38,458 nt of DNA from Nakamurella lactea (GTDB taxonomy: Bacteria > Actinomycetota > Actinomycetes > Mycobacteriales > Nakamurellaceae), in assembly GCA_044463405.1 (NCBI GenBank), contig JBIQML010000001.1:1-38458 (forward strand), read 5' to 3'. This document shows, one piece after another, positions 17,972-27,453 of this stretch. Under the pieces are notes generated by a model. It worked only from the letters and a program-made list of their open reading frames with translations. It was not told where the DNA came from and made no database searches. Position 1 is the first letter of the stretch. Each line of letters begins with the position of its first letter. Made by a program: the position numbers and the translations under genes.

Positions 17972-20005
17972 ATGGACGACAGCGATCGAGCCCTGAATGC
18001 CCCGAGCACTGACAGCGCCCAGGACGATCCCGCGATCGACGCCCGCACCCTTGATGGCACGGCGCTCCGCCGGCTACTGGATGGTCGTTATGCGGAGATC
18101 CGCGATCGAGTCCGTCGGGAGATCAGCAGGCACGCGGACGTGACCGCGGCGCGGGATCGGGGTCGGGACGAATACCGCGATCGGGCGCTCGACGTCGTCC
18201 TGGAGATGACCGGCGCCGGGATCACCACCATGGGCCTCCCGGCGACGTACGGCGGCGGGGGAGACCTGGGTGCGTCGGTGGCCGCCTTCGAGACGCTCGC
18301 GTTCGGCGATCTCTCGGTGTTGGTGAAGATGGGCGTCCAATTCGGTCTGTTCGGCGGTGCCATGCTGCAGTTGGGCACGTCACACCACCACCGCAGGTAC
18401 TTGGCGGACATCGCGGCCGGACGGCTGCTGGGGTGCTTCGCGATGACGGAGACCGGCCACGGATCGGACGTGCAGGCGCTCGCCACCACTGCGACCTATC
18501 TCCCAGCGGACGGCGAGTTCGAGATCCACACCCCGGATCGTCTGGCGCGCAAGAACTACATCGGCAATGCTGCTCGGCACGGACGGGTGGCGATCGTGTT
18601 CGCGCAGTTGCGCATCGGTACCGAAGGGGAGTCGCAGGGCGTGCATGCCCTGATCGTTCCGTTGCGTGATGAGGCTGGGAATACGTTGCCCGGCATCGAT
18701 ATCACAGATGACGGGGAGAAGGTCGGTCTGAACGGCGTCGACAACGGCCAGATCGGATTCGATCACGTCCGGGTTCCGCGAGAGGCGCTGCTGGACCGAT
18801 ATGCCACCGTCACCCCTGACGGCGAATACCACTCGCCCATCGAGAACCCGGACCGGCGATTCTTCACGATGCTGGGCACCCTCGTGCAGGGCCGGGTATC
18901 CGTCGGCGGCGCCGGCATCAGCGCGGCCAAGGTGGCGCTGACGATCGCGGTGAAGTATGCGGTGCGGCGCAGGCAGTTCTCCGGCGGTGACGGGGAGGTT
19001 CTGCTGCTCGACCACCGGATGCACCGCCGTCGCCTGCTGCCGCTGCTCGCCCGCACCTACGCGCTGCACGCGGCGCAGGCGGTTCTGGTGGACGAGCTCG
19101 AAGAGTTGTTGTCGGGCCCGGTGCGTGACCCCGATGGCACCACCGGGAATGCGTCGCCAGGGGTCGAGCGGCGGCGCCGGGCGCTGGAGTCCCGCGCGGC
19201 CGGCACCAAGGCGCTGGGCAGTTGGCACGCGGTGCGCACCATTCAGGAATGCCGGGAGGCATGCGGGGGCGCCGGGTACATGGCCGAGAACCGCCTCGGT
19301 GCGTTGCGGGCCGACACAGACGTGTTCGCGACCTTCGAGGGTGACAACCATGTTCTGCTGCAGCTGGTGGCCAAGGGGCTCCTGACGGACTACACGACCT
19401 CGTTCGAGGAGTTGGATCCGTTGGGCACCGTGCGACTGGTCGCCGAGCAGGCGGTGGAGACGATCATCGAACGGACCGCCGTGCACCAGTTGGTGGAGCG
19501 CATCCGGGACATCTTCGCCGGCAACGACCACTGGGACGTCGATGCCGGCGTTCGGGACCCCGAGTACCAGCTGGCCATGTTGCGCTGGCGCGAGGAGCAC
19601 CAGCTCACAGCGGTGGCTCGGCGGATGAAGCACTGGTCCGGGCAGGGACTTTCGAGTGATGAGGTCTTCCAGCGCGTTCAGGCACACTTGATCACCTGTG
19701 GGCGCTCCCATGTCGAGAGGCTGGTGCTGGAGGCGTTTCTCGTCCTTCAGCAGGCGATGCCCGAGGGTGCGGAGCGAGACACCATGAACGTGCTGTGTGA
19801 CCTGCACGCGTTGTCGACGATCGAGGCCGACCGGGGTTGGTGGCTGGAGCACGGACGGCTCAGCGCGGAGCGGAGCAAGGAGATCAGTCGCACGGTGGAC
19901 GCGCTGTGCGACCAGACCCGGCCCATCGCCGAGGATCTAGTGGATGCCTTCGGGGTGCCGCGGGAGTTCTGGGACGTGCCGATGCTCGATCAGTCGCGGA
20001 GGTGA
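17972..20005 (+). CDS. Acyl-CoA oxidase / acyl-CoA dehydrogenase family protein
   Basis: VKMGVQFGLFGG, GCFAMTETGHGSDV, KNYIGNAA, GLNGVDNG, QECREACGGAGY, TFEGDNHVL. Confidence 0.9.
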   Translation: MDDSDRALNAPSTDSAQDDPAIDARTLDGTALRRLLDGRYAEIRDRVRREISRHADVTAARDRGRDEYRDRALDVVLEMTGAGITTMGLPATYGGGGDLGASVAAFETLAFGDLSVLVKMGVQFGLFGGAMLQLGTSHHHRRYLADIAAGRLLGCFAMTETGHGSDVQALATTATYLPADGEFEIHTPDRLARKNYIGNAARHGRVAIVFAQLRIGTEGESQGVHALIVPLRDEAGNTLPGIDITDDGEKVGLNGVDNGQIGFDHVRVPREALLDRYATVTPDGEYHSPIENPDRRFFTMLGTLVQGRVSVGGAGISAAKVALTIAVKYAVRRRQFSGGDGEVLLLDHRMHRRRLLPLLARTYALHAAQAVLVDELEELLSGPVRDPDGTTGNASPGVERRRRALESRAAGTKALGSWHAVRTIQECREACGGAGYMAENRLGALRADTDVFATFEGDNHVLLQLVAKGLLTDYTTSFEELDPLGTVRLVAEQAVETIIERTAVHQLVERIRDIFAGNDHWDVDAGVRDPEYQLAMLRWREEHQLTAVARRMKHWSGQGLSSDEVFQRVQAHLITCGRSHVERLVLEAFLVLQQAMPEGAERDTMNVLCDLHALSTIEADRGWWLEHGRLSAERSKEISRTVDALCDQTRPIAEDLVDAFGVPREFWDVPMLDQSRR

Positions 20006-20260
20006 AAGCATGCGGCCGGGCCGCCGAAGCGGTCGGCGTGGGGAAGCCGGCAAGGGCCGGCCATCGCTGACTGCGAGTTTGGATCGTCGCGTCGAGAGTG
20101 GACTTTTGTCCAGGATCTCTGCTCGTGGGCGCGTTGCGGGGTTCCCGGTCCGCCGGGGCAGCTTCGGCCTATGGCTGAAGGGCATGCGGCGAGCGCCGCA
20201 GGGTTGACGGCCCTGGCGTAGGGGTGGGTCGTGCCGTTGTCGTTGGCGGGCAGACTGCCG

Positions 20261-21199
20261 TCAACCGGGCTGGTTGACCAGGACGCTGTGCCATTCGCGG
20301 ACCTTCAGCGGAGCGGTGCTGGTGACGGTGACCTGCTGACTTCCAGCCTCGCCGGAGGACACGTTCCACCTGATCGTCCAGTGCGCGGTAACCGTGACGG
20401 TCCATGTCCCGGTGCCGTTGGTGCGCCCGGGCAGCGACTTCCAGATGTATGTGTAGCCGCACGGCGGGTGCATCCGATCCATGCCCGGTCCGTATTGCGT
20501 CCCGGCTCCTTCGCAGGTCACTGGTTGAGGGAACTGCGAGTGCGGGTGCTGCACGTCGACCGGCTCACCCATCTGCCAGGTCGTCGAGTTCAGGGTTGCG
20601 GTGACGGTAGCCGTCAGGGTGCCGGCCGATGCGGTCTTGACGATCGGTCCGTCGTAGTCGATCCAGAGCCACACCGGGATCTTGACGGCCACTTCGTCGG
20701 CATCCGGGCCGAAGTGCGGCTCCGGGGTCGGGATGGTGAGCTCGCCAGTCGCCTGCTTCGCCAGCGCCAGGGGATCAATTCCGGGATCCTGGCCAGGCGG
20801 CGTTCCGTCCGGCACGTAGTAGGTGCCGATCAGTCTCGGCGCTCCTTGCTTGCTACTGCCGTCGGGGTTATGAAGTTCGATATACAGCGAGTCTGGACAC
20901 CAAGTTCGCCACAACCGACCGTGCTTAGGATCGTGCCCGTGCCACGCGGGGCCGGGATCTGGCTGAGGACTGACTTGCACGTAATAGCACGGGTCCGGGT
21001 CAGGCACAGATTGGTCGGGGTAGTAGGTGTGCTGGGTCGGTGGAACGACGGGCTGAACCCCTCGATCGGTCAGGACCCACCAGCAATTGCTGTGTTCTGC
21101 ACCCAAGCAGGATTGTGACCAATCGGCAAATGCGGGAATGGTTACAGCCAACATCAGGGTTGTAACGGCGGCAACGACCACAATCATGCGTTTCAGCAT
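20261..21199 (-). CDS. Secreted hypothetical protein with a C-terminal PKD-like beta domain (actinobacterial family often mislabelled ATP/GTP-binding)
   Basis: Signal peptide MLKRMIVVVAAV...PAFA; C-terminal IPVWLW, TWQMG..VTCEGAGT, CGYTY, WTVTVTAHW. Start overlaps the upstream stop (ATGCTGA). Confidence 0.75.
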   Translation of the reverse strand: MLKRMIVVVAAVTTLMLAVTIPAFADWSQSCLGAEHSNCWWVLTDRGVQPVVPPTQHTYYPDQSVPDPDPCYYVQVSPQPDPGPAWHGHDPKHGRLWRTWCPDSLYIELHNPDGSSKQGAPRLIGTYYVPDGTPPGQDPGIDPLALAKQATGELTIPTPEPHFGPDADEVAVKIPVWLWIDYDGPIVKTASAGTLTATVTATLNSTTWQMGEPVDVQHPHSQFPQPVTCEGAGTQYGPGMDRMHPPCGYTYIWKSLPGRTNGTGTWTVTVTAHWTIRWNVSSGEAGSQQVTVTSTAPLKVREWHSVLVNQPG

Positions 21200-22179
21200 G
21201 ATGCACTGTCGATCGAAGTCATTTCTTTCACACGCCATCGATCAGAGCTATCTTTGACGATGACCACCGATTGCGGGTGTCTCCCGCCGCGCCCTGACTT
21301 GACTGATTGACCATCGGCATTAAGGATATCTTGGCCGCGGTTATCAATACATACAGCTAACTTCACTCGGTCCGTTGACGCGCTTGTGACGGTCGCAGTG
21401 TACGTCTCATGACCAACAAAGTGGACGTTGTTTGAGGCAACAAGAGCTATATCAGCGAGCAAGTCGTGTGCTGCTGGGTCAATTGCGGCTTGGTGGATTC
21501 TGCTCGACCATGCCTGATTTGGGCTCCTGAGCGCGGCATCGTAAGTCGTAACCGTGTCTCGATACGCCCTCCGGGCGCCATCGATGTCGATTCCTTTGGT
21601 TTGGATTGAACTGGCAACCGTGACTGTCACCCTGAGCGTCGGCGCCAAACTAATGCTGCTCTCGGGCGGCGGGGTCCAGGGGTGGCCGCTCGTCGATCTG
21701 GCCGGCTTGCCGGTGGACGAGGTCGTTGGCGGCGTGGTCGTCTTGGTTGCCGTCGTCGGTGTCGATCGGGGTGTCGGCGTCGTGCTGCTGTCCGCGACTC
21801 CGCCGCCGCTCTGGTCGCCGCTGCCGGAGCGCGTGGAGACGCTAGACGATGTCGACTGATCCTGGGAGCTCTCGGAGAGCGACGACGACGCCGACCCTGA
21901 CGCACCGGACGAGGCGGGCGCCGAAGCCGCCGAATCCGACGCCGACGACGCAACGTCGGACGTTCCGGAAGCAGATGCCGTCGACGAGCCCGAGCCGTCA
22001 CCGGCGCTCGCGCTCTGGGAGAGCGGGGGGAGCACGACGGGTGCCGTCCCGCCACTGGAACACCCGGCCGCTACGACGAGGGCGACCCCCACCGCAACAG
22101 CGGCAACGCCCCGACGGCGGCTCCACGGCGTGCGCGTCCGCCGATGATCTGTGTTCGCACGCGCCGCAGTGCCGCGCAT
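21193..22179 (-). CDS. Lipoprotein with long Ser/Thr-rich linker and small C-terminal domain
   Basis: Arg-rich n-region, hydrophobic h-region, lipobox VAAG-C, about 130 aa of S/T/P/G, then AY..(V)CID....W.V domain. Confidence 0.75.
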   Translation of the reverse strand: MRGTAARANTDHRRTRTPWSRRRGVAAVAVGVALVVAAGCSSGGTAPVVLPPLSQSASAGDGSGSSTASASGTSDVASSASDSAASAPASSGASGSASSSLSESSQDQSTSSSVSTRSGSGDQSGGGVADSSTTPTPRSTPTTATKTTTPPTTSSTGKPARSTSGHPWTPPPESSISLAPTLRVTVTVASSIQTKGIDIDGARRAYRDTVTTYDAALRSPNQAWSSRIHQAAIDPAAHDLLADIALVASNNVHFVGHETYTATVTSASTDRVKLAVCIDNRGQDILNADGQSVKSGRGGRHPQSVVIVKDSSDRWRVKEMTSIDSASC

Positions 22180-22382
22180 CGTCACCCCCGGTGGATGGTG
22201 GTCGGCCGAAAAGACCTTACCGCCGTCGGGGCCGGCGCTGCCCGGGTTGTCCACAGAAACCGCCGGGACGAACACTCACAGTGTTACCGAACGGCACCGA
22301 ACCCGGCTATGTGCCCGGATCAGGTGAAGAGCGGTCATCACAGTGTGATGCTCTGTCGTGCCGGCCGATCCTGTTGGCACCG

Positions 22383-23159
22383 TCACCGCTCGAAGGGCAG
22401 GGTCCCGTCCTCGGCGCTTGGGCCGAGGTTCCCCGAACGATGGTGGGCTCGGCACAGCACCTGATAGCGGATCTCATCACCGGCACTGGCCGTGTCGGCC
22501 ACCACGACCTGCGCGCCCTCCCTGGCCACCTCACCATTCACCACGCGCGCGTTGAACCGGGCCGGTCGGCCGCACCAGCACAGCACCTCGACCTGCAGGG
22601 GCACGGTCTCGTCGGCGAGCTCGAACAGCCGCGCCGATCCCGGGAACATCCGCCCCCGGAAATCGGTGGCGATGCCGAACGCGTACACGTCGACCTGCAC
22701 GTCGTCGGCCAGCTTCGCCATCTGCTCGATCTGCTTCGGGGTGAAGAACTGGGCCTCGTCCACGATCAGGTAGTCGACCCGCCGGCCCGCCGCCCACGAG
22801 GCTCGCACCAGTTCGGCGATGTCCAGGGCGTCGTCGGCCTCGACCGCGGGCCTCGTCAGCCCCATGCGGGAGGTGATCTGGCCGCGGCGCGAGCGGTCCA
22901 GCCGGGTCAGCAGGATCCCGCGCCGCCCCTGCCGCGCGTGGTTGTGGTCGAGTTGCAATGCCAGCGTGGACTTTCCGCAATCCATCGGGCCGTAGAAGAA
23001 CTTGACCACCCCGGCCGGCACCATTCCCCTGCGTGACCCGGCCGCCGGCACCGACGACAGCGCGGACGTGGGATCCGGCGCCGCGGGCATGCCGGGCCGC
23101 GCGTCGCCGCGCGGGTCGGTCGCCGCAGCCGATGCTGAGGTCGCCTCCGGCACGGTCAC
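22383..23159 (-). CDS. tdk: Thymidine kinase
   Basis: FYGPMDCGKST P-loop, ITSRMG, LIVDEAQF, FGIATDFR..FPGS, LCWCG, YQVLCRAHH. Start uncertain (23024-23234). Confidence 0.9.
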   Translation of the reverse strand: MTVPEATSASAAATDPRGDARPGMPAAPDPTSALSSVPAAGSRRGMVPAGVVKFFYGPMDCGKSTLALQLDHNHARQGRRGILLTRLDRSRRGQITSRMGLTRPAVEADDALDIAELVRASWAAGRRVDYLIVDEAQFFTPKQIEQMAKLADDVQVDVYAFGIATDFRGRMFPGSARLFELADETVPLQVEVLCWCGRPARFNARVVNGEVAREGAQVVVADTASAGDEIRYQVLCRAHHRSGNLGPSAEDGTLPFER

Positions 23160-23277
23160 GACGGGGACTGTACGTGCTGGTGGACGCCCGGGGCCATGCC
23201 ACGCCCGTGTCCGGCGGGCTCGCCGACCGGGCACCCGCGCAACACGCGCATCCCGCGGGACACCCCCATCCAGAGCC

Positions 23278-24036
23278 TCAACTCCAGGACCCCCGCCGCT
23301 GCAGCACGTCCCGCAGCACGTCCGGACGGTCGGTCATGATCCCGTCCACCCCGAGATCCAGCAGGCGCTCCATCTGGCCGGGGTCGTCGATGGTCCACAC
23401 GTGCACCTCGAGCCCGGCCGCGTGCGCCGTGCGGATGAATCGGGGGGTGGTGACCGGGATCCGGCCGAAGCGCACCGGGACCTGGGCCGCGATCGCGGGC
23501 GGCAACCGGACCGGTCGGGACCGCGCTCCGCCCAGAACCAACCGTCGAACCGCATTCGGGCCGAGCGAGGTGGCCAGCGCCGGCCCCGCGGCGCCACGGA
23601 TCGCGCGAAGCCGCCGGTCCGAGAACGCGCCGATGCACACCCGATCGACCGCGCGCATCTCGTGCAGCAGGTCCAGCAGTGGGCCGACCGCGGAGTCCGT
23701 CTTCGGGTCGATGTTGAACCGGGCGTCCGGGCAGGCCTGCAGCACCTCGCTCATGGTGGGGATGCGTTCCCGGCCGCCGATCCGGACATCGCGCAGCTGC
23801 CCGTAGGTGGTATCCGCCACCCGACCGCGAGCGTCCGTCACCCGGTCCAGCACCGTGTCGTGGAACGCGACCAGCACCCCGTCGGCGGTCAGGTGAACAT
23901 CCGTCTCCAGGTAGCGATAGCCCTCGTCGACCGCGCGGCGAAACGCGGCCAGCGAGTTCTCGCAGCCGGCCAGGTCGCCGGTGTGCCACCCACGGTGCGC
24001 GAACGCCCGCGGCGCCGGGCCGTCCAGGAATGCCAC
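23278..24036 (-). CDS. Glycerophosphodiester phosphodiesterase
   Basis: AFAHRG, ENSLAAF, YLETDVH.TADG.LVAFHD, NIDPK, VHVWTIDD, GVDGIMTDRP. Confidence 0.92.
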   Translation of the reverse strand: MAFLDGPAPRAFAHRGWHTGDLAGCENSLAAFRRAVDEGYRYLETDVHLTADGVLVAFHDTVLDRVTDARGRVADTTYGQLRDVRIGGRERIPTMSEVLQACPDARFNIDPKTDSAVGPLLDLLHEMRAVDRVCIGAFSDRRLRAIRGAAGPALATSLGPNAVRRLVLGGARSRPVRLPPAIAAQVPVRFGRIPVTTPRFIRTAHAAGLEVHVWTIDDPGQMERLLDLGVDGIMTDRPDVLRDVLQRRGSWS

Positions 24037-24187
24037 GCAGGTGAGTGTGTCAGACCACCGGGGGAGCCGGCCCCCGACCGACCCGCGCCGACGCGGCGGT
24101 GACGGATCCCCGCAGCACGGCGACGGGGCGGGACGGAGCGTGTCGATGCCCGATCGCCGGGCCGGCGACCCGTACCCTCGGCACATC

Positions 24188-24619
24188 ATGAGCCGTCCCG
24201 CCACCGCCGTCGCCGATCGCCGGCCGGCGACCCGACGCGCCCGATCGACCGCCGGATCCCCGGCCGACCCCGAGACCTCGCACGCCCGCCGGGCACGCAG
24301 CGCACCGGAACGATGTGCCTGGTGCGGCCGGCAACTGCCCGATCAGGAGGGTGTCGGCCGGCGCCGGCAGTACTGCGCGCAGTCCTGCCGCCAGCGGGCG
24401 TACGAGAACCGGACCGCCCTGGAGCGCAGTTCGCTTCCCGCGGATGCCGTGGTGCTGTCCGTCGACGAGCGTGACGACCTGGCCGATCGGCTGTACCAGA
24501 TGCGCTGTGCCGCCGAGGATGTCGCGACGGCGCTGGCGGAGTCGGCACCGCGCGCCGCCCTCGCCGAACTGGTCGACTCGCTGATGGATGCGGCCCGAGC
24601 GGCCGAGCGTATCCGCTGA
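24188..24619 (+). CDS. Conserved actinobacterial Zn-finger protein (CxxC...CxxxC) with helical C-terminus
   Basis: RCAWCGRQL...GRRRQYCAQSCRQRAYE. TACCCT -10-like hexamer just upstream of ATG 24188 suggests a leaderless or short-leader transcript. Confidence 0.7.
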   Translation: MSRPATAVADRRPATRRARSTAGSPADPETSHARRARSAPERCAWCGRQLPDQEGVGRRRQYCAQSCRQRAYENRTALERSSLPADAVVLSVDERDDLADRLYQMRCAAEDVATALAESAPRAALAELVDSLMDAARAAERIR

Positions 24620-24652
24620 CCCGTCCGCCGAGCGCCACCGAGCCGGGTCCGA

Positions 24653-25108
24653 TCAGTCGGGGATGATCGGCAGCCCTCGCTCGTCCAGCGGCCACCCGGG
24701 GTTGTGCGCGACCTCCCACAGATGTCCGTCCGGGTCGGCGAAGTAGCCGGAGTACCCGCCCCAGTCCGCCGCCTGCGGAGCCTTGACGATCCGGGCTCCG
24801 GCGCCCTCGGCGGTGGCGAACGCCGCGTCCACCGCCGCCCGCGATTTCAGGTTGATGGCGAGCGCGACACCGCGGAACCCCGTCGACACCGCGCCCGCGG
24901 AGTCCTCCGGCAGGTGCGCATCGGCCGCCAGGTCCGTGATGCCGAACAGGCTCAGCGCCGCGCCCGCGGTGGGGAAGAAGGTCACGACTCCGTCCACCGA
25001 GGAGCCGGCGCGCGGCCATCCGAGGGCCGTGTAGAAGGCGGTGGCACGGGGCAGGTCGGACACTCCGAGGGTGGCCAGGCTGATCCGGGCCGGAATCGCA
25101 TCGGGCAT
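24653..25108 (-). CDS. VOC / glyoxalase family protein
   Basis: ISLATLGVSDL..ATAFY..LGW, WGGYSGYFADPDGHLWEVAHNP. GGAG RBS. Confidence 0.9.
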   Translation of the reverse strand: MPDAIPARISLATLGVSDLPRATAFYTALGWPRAGSSVDGVVTFFPTAGAALSLFGITDLAADAHLPEDSAGAVSTGFRGVALAINLKSRAAVDAAFATAEGAGARIVKAPQAADWGGYSGYFADPDGHLWEVAHNPGWPLDERGLPIIPD

Positions 25109-25257
25109 GGACGTCTCCGTTCGGTAGGGATGTGGACCGCCGGCACATGCACGGATCACAGTGCGGTACCGCGCCGCCGTGCGGCACCCCGCCACGATGG
25201 CATGCACCGCCGACAGCGGGTGGCCCGCGGTCCCCGTCACCGCCCGGGACGGGGCAC

Positions 25258-25914
25258 TCACATCGCCGGGCTGCTCTCCAGGTATGCCAGCACCGCCAGC
25301 ACGCGCCGGTTGTCGTCCTCGTGCTGCTCCAGCCCGAGCTTGGTGAAGATCGAGTTGGTGTGCTTGCCCACGGCCTTCTCGGTGATGAACATGGTCGCGG
25401 CGATCGCCGCGTTGGACCGGCCCTCGGCCATGTGGCCCAGCACTTCTCGTTCCCGCGGGGTCAGCGACGCCACCGGCGAGGACTCCTTGTGCTTGGTGAG
25501 CAGCTGGCTGATCACCTCCGGATCCATGGCGGTCCCGCCGGCCGCCACCCGCCTGATCGCGTCCACGAACTGCGCCACGTCCGACACCCGGTCCTTGAGC
25601 AGGTAGCCGACGCCGCCGGTGCCCTGGCTGAGCAGCTCGCGGGCGTAGAGCTGCTCCACGTACTGGCTGAGCACCAGCACCGGAAGGCCGGGGATCTGCT
25701 CGCGGGCCGCCAGCGCCGCCCGCAGCCCCTCGTCGGTGAAGGTGGGCGGAAGGCGCACGTCGACCACGGCGACGTCGGGCCGGTGGGTCGTCAGCGCCCG
25801 CTGCAGCGACGGGCCGTTGTCCACGGCCTCCACCACGTCGAACTGGTAGGCCTCCAGCAACCGGATCAGCCCGTCGCGCAGCAGCGCCAGGTCCTCCGCC
25901 AGCACCACCCGCAC
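25258..25914 (-). CDS. NarL/LuxR family response regulator
   Basis: MRVVLAED, PDVAVVDVRLPP, VLSQY, GYLLKDRV, LTPREREVLGHMAEGRSN HTH. GGGAGG RBS. Confidence 0.95.
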   Translation of the reverse strand: MRVVLAEDLALLRDGLIRLLEAYQFDVVEAVDNGPSLQRALTTHRPDVAVVDVRLPPTFTDEGLRAALAAREQIPGLPVLVLSQYVEQLYARELLSQGTGGVGYLLKDRVSDVAQFVDAIRRVAAGGTAMDPEVISQLLTKHKESSPVASLTPREREVLGHMAEGRSNAAIAATMFITEKAVGKHTNSIFTKLGLEQHEDDNRRVLAVLAYLESSPAM

Positions 25915-26112
25915 GTCGCTCGCCTCCCGTGAGCCTGCGCTACGGCCGTTTCGTCGCCCCGGACTCTATCGCCGCCGCTCGTGTCCGGGGCGGCCGCCGT
26001 CCCGCAGAATGATCTACCTGGGGGGCGACGCCCGGCGCCCGGATCGGACTGCAGGAGCGTCCGACTGCGGCGCTACCCTCTAAGTCACCTTTCGAGATGG
26101 AGGACGATTCTC

Positions 26113-27453
26113 ATGGCAGAGACGAGGACCGGATCATCCCGCCGGCGTGCGACCGCGGTCCGCCTGCGGGTGCTGTCGGCTGTCGCCGTGGGCGGCCTGG
26201 TGCTGGCGGCCTGCGGCAGCGCGCCGTCCGCTGGATCGGGCAGCGCCTCGTCGTCTGGTTCCTCCGCCAGCTCGGCAGGCACGTCGGGCAGTGCCCCCGG
26301 GAGCGCCAGCAGCGCCTCGGGAACCTCTGGCAGTGCTTCCAGCGCCTCCAGCGCCTCCAGCGCCTCCAGCGCCGGCGGGAGCGGATCCAGCGCGTCCAGC
26401 GCCGGATCGGCCAGCGGCGCCTCCAGCGGCAGCGGTTCGGCCTCCGAGGGGTCCGCGGCGAGCGGGCCGGCAGTGTCCGGGTTCGGCAACGCCTGCATGG
26501 TGACCGACACCGGCGGCATCGACGACCGCTCGTTCAACGCCGCCAGCTGGAAGGGCGTGCAGGACGCGACCAAGGCGCTGGGCATCAAGTCACAGCTGCT
26601 GCAGTCGCAGTCCGAGAGCGACTACGTCCCCAACATCAACACGTTCGTGCAGGGCGACTGCGGCCTGATCATCACGGTGGGCGCGCTGATGTCCGACGCG
26701 ACCGAGAAGGCCGCCAAGAAGTACCCGGACCAGGACTTCGCCATCGTCGACGTCACCTATCCCAAGACCATCCCCAACGTCCGGGGGCTGGCCTTCGACA
26801 CCTCGCAGTCCGCGTTCCTGGCCGGGTATCTGGCGGCCGGCATGACCAAGTCCGGCAAGGTGGCCGAGTTCGGCGGGCTGCCCATCCCGCCGGTGGAGCT
26901 GTACATGGACGGCTTCGCCTACGGCGTGCAGCACTACAACGAGAAGCACCAGACGAAGGTGCAGGTGCTCGGGTGGAACACCAAGACGCACCAGGGTCTG
27001 TTCGCGGGCGGCTTCACCGACACCGCCAAGGGTCAGCAGATCACCGAACAGCTGATGAGCCAGGGCGCGGACATCATCTTCCCGCTGGCCGGGAACGTGA
27101 ACAACGGCGCGGTATCGGCGGTCGCGCAGTCCGGCAAGGGCAAGGTATTCGTCATCTGGGCCGACACCGACGGCTGCGTCAACGACAAGGCACACTGCGA
27201 CCTGTTCATCACCAGCACCGAGAAGCACATCGCCGTCGCCGTGGAGGACGCCATCACCCAGGCCGGGCACGGCAACTTCCAGGCCGGCAACTACGTCGGC
27301 ACGCTGGCCAACGACGGGGTGGGCCTGGCCCCCTACCACCAGTTCGCGGACAAGGTGCCGGCCGGCCTGCAGAAGGAGATCACCGACCTGAAGCAGCAGA
27401 TCATCGACGGCAAGATCACCATCTCGTCCGAGTTCAAACCGCAGACCGGATGA
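26113..27453 (+). CDS. BMP family (PnrA/TmpC-like) nucleoside-binding lipoprotein with Ser/Gly/Ala linker
   Basis: Lipobox LAA-C; VTDTGGIDDRSFN, AFLAGYLAAGMTKSGKV, GADIIFPLAG, IWADTD, GTLANDGVGLAPYH. GGAGG RBS. Confidence 0.92.
   Translation: MAETRTGSSRRRATAVRLRVLSAVAVGGLVLAACGSAPSAGSGSASSSGSSASSAGTSGSAPGSASSASGTSGSASSASSASSASSAGGSGSSASSAGSASGASSGSGSASEGSAASGPAVSGFGNACMVTDTGGIDDRSFNAASWKGVQDATKALGIKSQLLQSQSESDYVPNINTFVQGDCGLIITVGALMSDATEKAAKKYPDQDFAIVDVTYPKTIPNVRGLAFDTSQSAFLAGYLAAGMTKSGKVAEFGGLPIPPVELYMDGFAYGVQHYNEKHQTKVQVLGWNTKTHQGLFAGGFTDTAKGQQITEQLMSQGADIIFPLAGNVNNGAVSAVAQSGKGKVFVIWADTDGCVNDKAHCDLFITSTEKHIAVAVEDAITQAGHGNFQAGNYVGTLANDGVGLAPYHQFADKVPAGLQKEITDLKQQIIDGKITISSEFKPQTG
26338..26373 (+). 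repeat. Perfect 9-bp tandem repeat (TCCAGCGCC)x4 encoding (SSA)4 in the BMP linker
   Basis: Read directly from the sequence. Confidence 0.85.

Noticed and set aside
20099-20112. Palindrome TGGAC-TTTT-GTCCA resembling a DosR box
   Set aside because: Lies between convergent genes with no promoter to control.
25915-26112. Possible SAH/SAM riboswitch upstream of the AHCY operon
   Set aside because: Only a short hairpin (TCGGAC/GTCCGA) is visible, and a TACCCT -10-like hexamer near 26074 implies a short leader. An Rfam scan would settle it.
26097-27449. Apparent 450-aa N-terminal extension of AHCY1 (and similar extensions from 28073 and 29221)
   Set aside because: Arg-rich off-frame read-through of the upstream gene; real starts are at the ATGA/GTGA overlaps.
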